From Mustelus asterias (taxonomy: Eukaryota): a DNA stretch of 64,000 bases. The DNA lies in contig NW_027590121.1 of assembly GCF_964213995.1 (NCBI RefSeq), positions 124,001 to 188,000 of the forward strand, read 5' to 3'. Each line of letters starts with the position of its first letter. Positions within the stretch are counted from its first letter, which is position 1. The notes under the pieces were generated by a model. It did no database searches. It had not been told where the DNA came from and saw nothing but the letters and a program-made list of their open reading frames with translations. Both the position numbers and the translations under genes were made by a program. This document shows, in pieces, positions 37,514 through 48,360 of the stretch.

Positions 37514-39324
37514 TTTATGTCAAGTAAGACAGTGAAAAGTTAATAAGAGTGTAAGGAAACAAAAACTCACCCCTGCTCGTCCAAGCCCTGTGAGCCAAAG
37601 CCCTGACAGCTCACTGAACTTCCCACTCACTCTGCTGCCCGCTACGATGCTGCCCGCTGTATACCTTGGTGCGCTTTTAAACCCTCCAAAAACTTCCCCA
37701 GGCCACTCCTGGCCCGACTTCCGGTTTTGAAAAAAACCTCCGATTTTAAACCCAAAATTAACTGAAAAAATAAATAATTAATTACAGTCAGAAAACCCAC
37801 TCTCTTACCCTCAGCCTGCTCCTGGGAACAAATCTCCCTCAAACTTCCCCTTGAACCAGTGCTCCCCTTGTAATTGACACGTCCACCCTGTCTATGCCTC
37901 CAATAATGTTGTAGATCCAATCCAGGTCTTCCCTCAGCCTCTGTATTTCAGTAAAAACAGTCCTAGTCTATTCATACTCCTCATAGCCAACGCCCTCGGG
38001 ATCGTGCAGCATCCTGGGGAACATTCTTTGAACTCTCTCCAAAGCTTCTAAGTCCTTTTGGTCGGACTGGGAGGTCCGGGGTGGATGTAACCCTGGTCTG
38101 TAGTTTATCGTCAGGAAATTCTGAATTGTTAGCGCAAAGTTCTAGAAGAACAGCGCCTCATTAACACTGGACTGCCGACATACGACAACCACAGTGTCCC
38201 AACTCTGACCTGTTCCTCCAGTATCTGCGGGAGCTCTGACACATTTACTGAAGGCAAACAGCTCTCGGAGTTACACTCGCTGCTGATTTTCACAAGGAAA
38301 CAAAGTTGTCCCTTGAAATATCACAGGAGAAGTTCTCTCTGACATCGCCGTGCATGGTTGTGCTATGGAGCCAACACTGCTACAGAGAAGTAACAGATCC
38401 AGAACACAAAAAAAAACATACTCCCAGTATCCAGACAGCGCTCTCACTGCTGAACAGAAGTAAAAATTCCGCTTCCAAATGCAGAGTCACCTGGAACTTT
38501 ACAATAACAACAAAATTCAGGAAAACGTACGGAATTGTACTGGTTAAATCCAGTGCAGTTATGCTGAAATCAGCATTCAGAAATTTACTTCCTTACTTGA
38601 ATTTACTTCTTTTTCCTTCGATGTGTTTTCCGGGACTGTCTGTGACATTGAACAACCCTCTCCATCCCTCTCCCAGTTTCGTGGAACCTTCGACCACGGC
38701 CTGTTAACACGATTTATTTAATCAGAGTGCGTTGCTGGATCAAAGAAAACTTATAAACACTGAATAGATTTCGCAAAGGGGTGACTATCATCTTTAAAAC
38801 AACCCCAAGGAGATTTTCCTCAGTGAGCACTGAGCTTCAGAATGTTTCCTGGAAGCTGGTGTGGTTCTTGTCAACACGAACAATCCGGAATTTTCTGATG
38901 ATAATTTACAGACCAGAGTTACATTCCCCGGCCACCACTTCCTCCTCCCCAGTCTCTGAAAGTCCGGCGATTCCCCTGTCAGGGCACTGACTGTAACCAG
39001 GCTCGGACACTTCTCTTTCAATATCAACCCCAGATCACCACCAACTGGCCACAGAGAACCAGAGACAGACACGCAAGTGAGGCAAGAGCATCCCGGGGGA
39101 AGAGAACAAGTTATTAAGGGCGGGATTTCGAACGGGTGTCTTCTAATGTGATTCTGCGATGATCTGTTTGTCTGATTGAATTCTGAAGTTTGTTTTCTCA
39201 GTCTCTCCTGGGAACAGTTTCATTCGAGGTGAGTTTGGTTTCCTTTCGCTGCACATTGCGGCTGCATCTACTACAATCCTTCACAGACCCCAACAGACAG
39301 CAGCTGCACTCTGCAGTGAAATAC

Positions 39325-39363
39325 AGTTTTTGTACAGGGCTGAGCTTGCTTTATATCACTGTG
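39325..39363 (-). other. 23-RSS of V11
   Basis: CACAGTG (39363-39357), 23 bp, ACAAAAACT (39333-39325). Confidence 0.95.
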
Positions 39364-39832
39364 CGTCTGAAAGCGCGCAATAATACACGGCGGCGTCAGT
39401 CAGCTTTAGACCCAAGATGGATAAACTGGTGAATGTATTCTCTGTCTGAAGCTCAGCAGAGAAACGGCTTTTGGCAAAATTGGCTTTTTCTTCACTGCCG
39501 CCCGAGTATTTCCACAAAATAAACTCGGGCTGTGAGTCTGGGTGCTGCCGGTACCAGTATAGATAGTAGTAGCTAAATGCAGGATCATAGTTACAGTTTA
39601 AAGTCACCGCTTCTCCTTCTGTCCTGACATCTGAAGACAGCGACTGAGTGACAGAATCTCCATGAATCATATCTGAAAAACAACATTCAAATATCAAAAG
39701 ATCTGACCGATAACTGTTGAAAATTAAGGTTTACGTCATGTATGAAAATTGAAAGACAAGTAGAAATGTGTTTGGTCCACATTTACCTGTCAGAAATATT
39801 GCCCACACAACCCAGATGCTGAGCAGCGGCAT
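39364..39832 (-). CDS. TCR alpha/delta V segment (V11), apparently functional, close paralogue of V4
   Basis: Leader 39832-39787 (MPLLSIWVVWAIFLT/G); V exon 39672-39364 DMIHGDSVTQ...VTLNC...LYWYRQ...DAAVYYCALSD. Confidence 0.95.
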
Positions 39833-40283
39833 TGTCTCTGGCCGCTCTGTAAAAAGGGAGTTGGGGATTTTGAAGACACCCGTTCTAAACCCCGCCCTCA
39901 ATAATCTGCTGATGCCTCAGGAAGTTCTCACTTCACTTCCTGGTGTTCCCAGTGACAGTGTGAACAGGCAGGCCGGTGAGCTGGCTGTCAGAGCTGGGTA
40001 ACAGTCAGTGATTTATGGGGGGAATATTCCCGTTTTACACAGCAAATGGTGACAGTTAAATCCGATTCTGATTATCGTGACCGTCAAACTCAGGTTTGCT
40101 CCAGGATTTGGTTCATTCAGGATCAATCCGTTTATTGAAGTCTTACCATCAGGGGAGTGGCTCAGCCGTGAATGCGAGTTTTCCCTCATGAAACTCCGAG
40201 GCAATTGTTGAACAATTATTGTATTGTATGTCCGCGTGGCTGATTGACTCACCAGGCTGTCTTGTGACACATTGGCAGCGTCA

Positions 40284-41510
40284 AAGAACAAAGAACAGTA
40301 CAGCACAGGAAACAGGCCCTTCGGCCCTCCAAGCCTGTGCCGCTGCTTGGTCCAACTAGACAAATCGTTTGTATCCCTCCATTCCCAGGCTGCCCATGTG
40401 ACTATCCAGGTAAGTCTTAAACGATGTCAGCGTGCCTGCCTCCACCACCCTACTTGGCAGCGCATTCCAGGCCCCCACCACCCTCTGTGTAAAAAACATC
40501 CCTCTGATATCTGAGTTATACTTCGCCCCTCTCACCTTGAGCCCGTGACCCCTCGTGATCGTCACCTCTGACCTGGAAAAAGTTTCCCCCTTCATAATCT
40601 TGTACACCTCTATTAGATCTCCCCTCATTCTTCGTCATTCCAGGGAGAACAACCCCAGTTTACCCAATCTCTCCTCATAGCTAAGACCCTCCATACCAGG
40701 CAACATCCTGGTAAACTTCTCTGCACTCTCTCTAACGCCTCCACGTCCTTCTGGTAGTGCGGCGACCAGAACTGGACGCAGTACTCCAAATGTGGCCTAA
40801 CCAGCGTTCTATACAGCTGCATCATCAGACTCCAGCTTTTATACTCTATACCCCGTCCTATAAAGGCAAGCATACCATATGCCTTCACCACCTTCTCCAC
40901 CTGTGTTGCCACCTTCAAGGATTTGTGGACTTGCACACCTAGGTCCCTCTGTGTTTCTATACTCCTGATGACTCTGCCATTTATTGTATAACTCCTCCCT
41001 ACATTATTTCTTCCAAAATGCATCACTTCGCATTTATCCTGATTAAACTCCATCTGCCACCTCTCCGCCCAACTTTCCAGCCTATCTATATTCTGCTGTA
41101 TTGCCCGACAATGCTCTTCGCTATCCGCAATTCCAGCCATCTTCGTGTCATCCGCAAACTTGCTGATTACACCAGTTACACCTTCTTCCAAATCATTTAA
41201 ATATATCACAAATAGCAGAGGTCCCAGTACAGAGCCCTGCGGAACACCACTGGTCACAGATCTCCAGCCGGAAAAATACCCTTCGACCACTACCCTCTGT
41301 CTCCTATGGCCAAGCCAGTTCTCCACCCATCTAGCCACTTCTCCTTGTATCCCATGAGCCTTAACCTTCTTAACCAACCTGCCATGTGGGACTTTGTCAA
41401 ATGCCTTACTGAAATCCATATCGACGACATCCACGGCCCTTCCTTCATCAACCGTTTTTGTCACTTCCTCAAAAAACTCCACCAAATTTGTAAGGCACGA
41501 CCTCCCTGCC
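40284..41510 (-). mobile_element. CR1 LINE, 5'-truncated
   Basis: ORFs 40625-41530 and 40356-40628; (AAAGAAC)n tail. Confidence 0.92.
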
Positions 41511-42279
41511 TTTCGAAGAGAAACTCCCAATTCAAGAACAAAGTGAGGACCTGTTGGTGAAGGAAGGAGTCGTTATGCCGCTGTTCCACGTCTGATATCA
41601 ATTATGGACTCCTTCCCACTATAGTTCAAAGGAAAGAACATGTGTTTGTGGCAAGATGCTTCAAAAGTATTCCTGCCGCTTAACAGCAAAGATACCAGCT
41701 GTCACTGTACATTCAGTTGTACAATCTTAAAGTATGAACACTTCCACTAATGAACGCAGGATTCATCTCAATGGCACCTCTGTTTAAAATTAATATCTAC
41801 AATCGGGTTAGTTATTGTTTTTACAAAGAGCCATGACCTTCGGAGATTGGAATTTTTAAAAGAGGGAATAATGTCAGCGCTTCCAGTAACTCGACACTCA
41901 GGTGTTCAAAGCACGGGAGCAAAGTTCAGACAGCAGGTTGACGGTCCCCAGGAGATATGCAAAGCTAGTTCTCATTAACTACAATTAAATACCAGCCGGC
42001 TAGGAAACCCTTTCATTGTCACTTCCACCCATAAAAGAAATGAACAGAGTGCTGAGATGGTTACAGTGCAATAATTCAGAAGGCAGCTCTCAAAGGGGGT
42101 TTTCATTCACATGTTCACATGTGTTCCCATATCAGAAACACCTTCTCTCACTCGCTCTGCCCTCTGACTAATATCAGGCTCCAATCCTTCCACATGCCGA
42201 TGTTTTTGTGATGATTATTGACTCCTTTACCATCTCTAAAACATTGAGGCAAATTGGGTTCAAGCATTCAACTTATCAT

Positions 42280-43982
42280 AGACTCTCTTCAGTGCAGAAG
42301 AAGACCATTCGTCCCATCGAATATGCGCCGATCACAATCCCACCCAGTCCCTATTCCTGTAACCCCACATATTTCCCCTAATCCCGCAAACACTAAGGCG
42401 TAATTTTCCATGGCGGATCAACCTAACCTGTACATTTTTGGATTGTGGGAGGAAACCGGAGCACTCGGAGGAAACCCATGAAGACACTGGGAGAATGTGC
42501 AAACCACACAGACAGTGACCAATACAAAGAACAAAGAACAATACAGCACAGGAACAGGCCTTTCGGCCCTCCAAGCCCGCGCCGCTCCCCGGTCCAGGAT
42601 TGAATCCTGAATCCAGGATCCCGCCCAATTTTCCAGCCTACCTACATACCAATATCCTATCCACCGAGCTGTCCCTCACAGCTACGATGCTTTGTTCATT
42701 ACAACCTATTAACTCACCCCCACCCCCCCATTCCAGACCATGTGATCTCCAGGGAGAGGCGAAAACCCAGAGTGAAAAACCCCAGGGCCAATATGGGGAA
42801 AAAAAACCTGGGAAATTCCTCTCCGACCCCCTGAGGCGATCGAAACGAGTCCAGGAGATCACAATGGCCCTGATCGGAAAATGCTTCCCAACCCTAGTCA
42901 TTTCCACTTCCACGAACACCATATGAATTCCCTGCCCCCGAGACAGGTTCCCAACTATTCGCAGTCTCGCTCTGTACTGGCACCAGCAAGATGATCATAG
43001 AATGAAGCCTTGAAACGAGAAACAAGGAACAATTAGCCCGCGCCGCTCCCTGGTCCAAACTAGACCACTCTTTTGTATCCCTCCATTCCCACTCCGTTCA
43101 TATAGCTGTCTAGATAAGTCTTAAACGTTCCCAGTGTGTCCGCCTCCACCACCTTGCCCGGCAACACATTCCAGGCCCCCACGACCCTCTGTGTGAAATA
43201 TGTCCTTCTGATATCTGTGTTAAACCTCCCCCCCTTCACCTTGAACCTATGACCCCTCGTGAACGTCACCACCGACCCGGGGAAAAGCTTCCCACCGTTC
43301 ACCCTATCTATGCCTTTCATAATTTTATACACCTCTATTAAGTCTCCCCTCATCCTCCGTCTTTCCAAGGAGAACAACCCCAGTTTCCCCAATCTCTCCT
43401 CATAACCAAGCCCCTCCATACCAGGCAACATTCTGGTAAACCTCCTCTGTACTCTCTCCAAAGCCTCCACGTCCTTCTGGTAGTGTGGCGACCAGAACTG
43501 GACGCAGTATTCCAAATGCGGCCGAACCAACGTTCTATACATCTGCAACATCAGACCCCAACTCTTATACTCTATGCCCCGTCCTATAAAGGCAAGCATG
43601 CCATATGCCTTCTTCACCACCTTCTCCACCTGTGACGTCACCTTCAAAGATCTGTGGACTTGCACACCCAGGTCCCTCTGCGTCTCTACACCCTTTATGG
43701 TTCTTCCATTTATCGTGTAGCTCCTCCCTACATTATTCCCACCAAAATGCATCACTTCGCATTGATCAGGAGTGAACTCCATCTGCCATTTCCTTGCCCA
43801 AATTTCCAGCCTATCTATATCCTTCTGTAGCCTCTGACAATGTTCCTCACTATCTGCAAGTCCGGCCAGTTTTGTGTCGTCCGCAAACTTACTGATCACC
43901 CCAGTTACTCCTACTTCCAGATCATTTATATAAATCACAAACAGCAGAGGTCCCAATACAGAGCCCTGCGGAACACCACTAA
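42280..43982 (-). mobile_element. HE1 SINE (42280-42520) and CR1 fragment (42523-43982) with a nested insert in its 3' UTR
   Basis: ORF 43060-43956 is CR1 RT; SINE V-domain core at 42440-42520. Confidence 0.88.
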
Positions 43983-44269
43983 TGACCGGGATTATACTTT
44001 AATTAGTCCCTGCTATAAACTTCATCCCGCTCCCTGAAAACTGGCTGAGGTTAAACCATAACGTTCACAACCACAGTATCATATTTAACCTCAAGCCACA
44101 TCATCACCGAGGCCAACTATTTCCACCTCAGTCACATCAGCCAATTCCGCCCTATTCTCAGCTGATCTTGTGCTGAAGGCATCACCCCTTTCCTTAGTTA
44201 CCGCCAGACTTAACTATCTTATCACACTCTCACCTGCCTCCCCGGTAATCTTGAAGAAATCCAGAACAG

Positions 44270-46975
44270 ATGGAGAATAATGGAGGAAAATGTGACCTTT
44301 TCCACTTTGGCAGAATAAACAGAAAAACAGGGTATTTTTTAAATGGCGAGAGATTGCCAAACTCTGCTGTACAGAGCGATCTAGGAGTCCTGGCACATAC
44401 ATCACAAAAAAGTGAGTAGACATGAGTAGACAGAATAGGATGTGCCTGAAAAAATGAAGGATAGGAAAGGTAGAATTCGAGAACCGTGGATAACCAGAGA
44501 AATTGAGGGATTGGTCAAAAAGAAAAGAGAGGCGTACGTTAGGTCCAGGCACCTAAAAACGGAGGGAGCTCTGGAGGAATACAAAGAAAGTAGGAAAGAA
44601 CTCAAACGAGGAATTAGAAGGGCAAAAAGGGGTCAAGAAGTGTCCTTGGCAGACAGGATTAAGGAGAATCCCAAGGCATTTTATTCATACGTTAGGAACA
44701 AAAGGGTTGTCAGGGAAAAAGTCGGACCTCTCAGGCACAAAAGTGGGGAATTATGCTGAGAGCCCAAAGAAGTCGGGGAGATCCTAAATGAATACTTTGC
44801 GTCGGTATTCACAAAGGAGAGGGATGTGTTGACTGGGAGTGTCTCGGAGGGGAGTGTTGACCCGTTCGAGAAAATCTCCATTACAAGGGAGGAAGTGTTA
44901 GGTTTTTTTAGGGAATATAAAGACTGACAAATCCCCAGGGTCTGATGGAATCTATCCCAGGCTGCTCAGGGAGACGAGAGATGAAATCGCTGTGCCTCTG
45001 ACGCAAATCTTTGTCTCGTCATTGGACACAGGTGAGGTCCCAGAGGATTGGAGGATATCTAACGTGGTCCCGTTATTTAAGAAGGGTAGGAAGGATAACC
45101 CAGGAAATTATAGGCCGGTGAGCTTGACGTCCGTGGTAGGGAAGTTGTTGGAGAGGATTCTTAGAGATAGGATATATGCGCATTTAGAAAGGAATAAACT
45201 CATTAACGATAGTCAGCATGGTTTTGTGAGAGGGAAGTCATGCCTCACTAACCTGGTGGAGTTTTTTGAAGAAGTGACTAGAATGGTTGACGAGGGAAGG
45301 GCCGTGGATGTCGTCTATATGGACTTTAGTAAAGCATTTGACTAAGTCCCTCATGGTAGGTTGGTGCAAAAGGTTGGATCTCATGGGATAAAGGGGAAAG
45401 TGGCTAGATGGGTGCAGAACTGGCTTGGTCACAGAAGACAGAGGGTGGTAGTGGAAGGGTCTTTTTCTGGCTAGATGCCTGTGAGTAGGGTGTTCCGCAG
45501 GGCTCTGTATTGGGACCTCTGCTGTTTGTGATTTATATAAACGATCTAGAAGAAGGTGTAACTGGGGTGATCAGTAAGTTTGCGGACGACGCGAAAATGG
45601 CTGGACTTGCAGATAGTGAGGAACATTGTCAGAGGCTACAGAAGGATATAGATCGGCTGGAAATTTGGGAAAGAAATGGCAGATGGAGCTCAATCCTGAT
45701 CAATGCAAAGTGATGCATTTTGGTAGAATTATACGATAAATGGCGGAACCATAAAGGGTGTAGATACGCAGAGGGACCTGGGTGTGCAAGTCCACAAATC
45801 CTTGAAGGTGATGTCACAGGTGGAGAAGGTAGTGAATAAGGCATATGGCATGCTTGCCTTTATAGGATGGGTCATAGAGTCTAAAAGTTGGGGTCTGATG
45901 TTGCAGTTGTACAGACCGTTGGTTCGGCCGCATTTGGAATACTGCGCCCAGTTCTGGTCGCCACACTACCAGAAGGACGTGGAAGCTTTAGAGAGAGAGC
46001 AGAGGAGGTTTACCATGATGTTGCCTGGTATGGAAGGGCTTGGTTATGAGGAGATATTGGGTAAACTGGGGTTGGAAAGACGGAGGATGAGGGGAGACTT
46101 ATTAGTGGTGTATAAAATTACGAATGGCATAGATAGGGTGAACGGTGGGAAGCTTTTTCCCAGGTCGGTGGTGACGTTCACGAGCGGTCATAGGTTCAAG
46201 ATGAGGTGGGGGAGGTTTAAAACGGATATCAGAAGGACGTATTTTACACAGAGGGGGTGGGGGCCTGGAATGCGCTGCCAGGCAAGGTGGTGGAGGCGGA
46301 CACACTGGGAACGTTTAAGGCTTATCTAGATAGCCACATGAACGGAGTGGGAATGGAGGGATACAAAAGAATGGTCTAGTTGGGACCAGGGAGCGGCGCG
46401 GGCTTGGAGGGCCGAAAGGCCTGTTCCTGTGCTGTATTGTTCTTTGTTCTTTTTGTTCTTTGATTAGCAAGTGTTCCTTATTGCAAAGGGAACAGGATGT
46501 GAAAGCAGGGATGTTTTATTGCAGTTGTACAGGGTGTTGGCAAGGCCATATCTGGAATAATGTACAGTTTTGGTCTCCTCACTTATGATAGGATATAATT
46601 ATATCAGAAGCAGTTCGGAGATGGTTCACTTGACTGATTTCTGGGATGAGGAAGTGTCTCAGGAGGAAATATTGGACAGATTGGGCTTGTATCCATTGAA
46701 GTTCAGAAGAATGAAGCAATCTTATTGAAATGTTTAAGATCTTGAGGGGACTTAGCAGTATAGATGCTGAGAGAGTGTCTTCCCTTGTATGAGAGACGAG
46801 CACTTGAGGAGTTAGATTAAAAATACTGGGCCCAAGATGTAAGAAAGAGAGGAGGAGAAATATTTCCCCTGAGACGGTCATTAGTCTGTGGAATTCTCTT
46901 CCCTGGAGAGCAGTGAAAGCAGAGTTATTGAATATTCTTTAAAGGCTGACTTAAATAGAGGCTTGATTACCAGTA
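44270..46975 (+). mobile_element. CR1 (44428-46462) nested in an older CR1 fragment
   Basis: ORFs 44442-44759, 44992-45345 and 45784-46329; (TTCTTTG)n tail at ~46440-46462; older CR1 sequence resumes afterwards. Confidence 0.88.
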
Positions 46976-47314
46976 TTGCTGTGGTTTCAAATTGTGTAAC
47001 ACGAATGTCGTTTAACACAAAAGTTTAGGACATTCAAAACAGACAAAGCAATTGATGAGGATTCAAACTAAAGTTCGGATTATTTCCGTGCATACGTCCA
47101 TGTAAATTTAAGTATATTATAATAAGATTAATAGGAACAAGAAAAAATACAGCAGCATAATCCTGCAACAAGATCCTTCAGTGATCTGAGAATTTACTGA
47201 TCTCCCAAGCAGAGGCCATTTACCTCACGTCACCACCAGAGGGAGCTCTCTCACATGTTTTGTGTTCACTGTATCAGGAGCGGGTTCCATTACGCAGTGA
47301 CATAGGGAGACATA

Positions 47315-47742
47315 AATCAGGAGAATTGGATTAATTATTGGATTACACAGTGTAATGTAGGAGTACTGCTTTAATTGTGGGATTACACAATGACATGTTA
47401 CAGAGCAGAAATCCAGAAGAACTGGATTAATTGTTGGATTAACAGTGATATGTTACAGAGCAGTAATACAGGAGAACTGGATTAATTCTGAGAATACACA
47501 GTAATATTTGACAGATCATTAATCCAGGGGAACTGAATTAATTGTTGGATTCCAATAATATGTTACAGAGCAGTAATCCAGGGGAACTGGATTAATTGTT
47601 GGATAACACAGTGATATGTTACAGAGCAGGAATCCAGGGGAACTGGATTAATTGTTAGAATACACAGTGATATGTTACAGAGCAGAAAACACGGAGAACT
47701 TGATTAATTGTTGGACTACACAGTAATATTTTACAGAGCAGA
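47315..47742. repeat. Minisatellite, ~58-bp unit, ~7.5 copies
   Basis: Unit approximately GGAGAACTGGATTAATTGTTGGATTACACAGTGATATGTTACAGAGCAGTAATCCA. Confidence 0.9.
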
Positions 47743-47744
47743 TA

Positions 47745-48360
47745 TGGATGCTGAATTTGCTGATGACACAAAGATAGATAGGAAAATAAATGGTGAAGAG
47801 GATGTAAGGAGACGATAAAGGTATATAAAAAGCTGAAGTGAGTGGGCAAAGCTCCGCCAAGTTGGCAAATGTGAAACTGTCCATTTTCGCAGGAAAAAAG
47901 TAAAATACGGTTAATATCTAAATGGTGAGAGATCACAAAATTCTGAGGTACAGTGAGACTGGGCTGTCCTAGGGTGTGAATAAAAAGGGGCCAATATACA
48001 GGTACAGCAATTAATTAGAAACGTCATAAAATGTTATCATTTATTCCGAGGGAATGTATTATAAAATAGGAAGGACCATAAATTCGTAAGATATAGGAGC
48101 AGGATTAGGCGATATGGCCCATCAAGTCCGCTCCGCCATTCAATCATGGTTGATATGCTCCTCATCCCTATTTTCCTGCCGTCTCCCCATAACCCTTCAA
48201 CCCATTACCAATTAAAAATCTGTCTAACTCCGCCTTAAGTTTACTCTGTGTCTCAGCATCGACCGCACTTTGGAGTAGCGAATTCCACAAATTCAAAACC
48301 CTTTGGGAGAAGTAGTTTCTCCTCAACTCTGTTTTAAGTTTGCTACTCCTTCTCCGAAGA
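47745..48360. mobile_element. Old CR1 fragments
   Basis: TTTGCTGATGACACAAAG (FADDTK) on +; CR1 3' end on - at 48075-48360. Confidence 0.7.

Larger units (their letters stand above)
33474..37828 (-). mobile_element. Full-length CR1 LINE with two open ORFs, nested in an older CR1 fragment
   Basis: 5'UTR, ORF1, ORF2 and (TTCTTATG)n tail; candidate 5-bp TSD CAAAT (33469-33473 and 37829-37833); the older CR1 remnant continues on both sides. Confidence 0.93.
38200..42400 (-). repeat. Inverted segmental duplicate of ~12440-16950
   Basis: Unique flanks match in reverse complement: 12600-12800 with 42060-42280, 13140-13345 with 41500-41710, 14985-16830 with 38280-40190. Confidence 0.88.

Noticed and set aside
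33765-37543. Numerous plus-strand ORFs antisense to CR1 and hAT ORFs
   Set aside because: Shadow ORFs of transposon coding strands with no independent evidence.
39364-39380. 2-bp GC duplication after Cys104 in V11 as an inactivating frameshift
   Set aside because: It lies in CDR3, where V(D)J joining resets the frame, and it creates no stop before the heptamer.
47315-47742. Minisatellite as a CRISPR array or as true J segments
   Set aside because: Eukaryotic context with no unique spacers; units lack FGXG and a proper splice donor.
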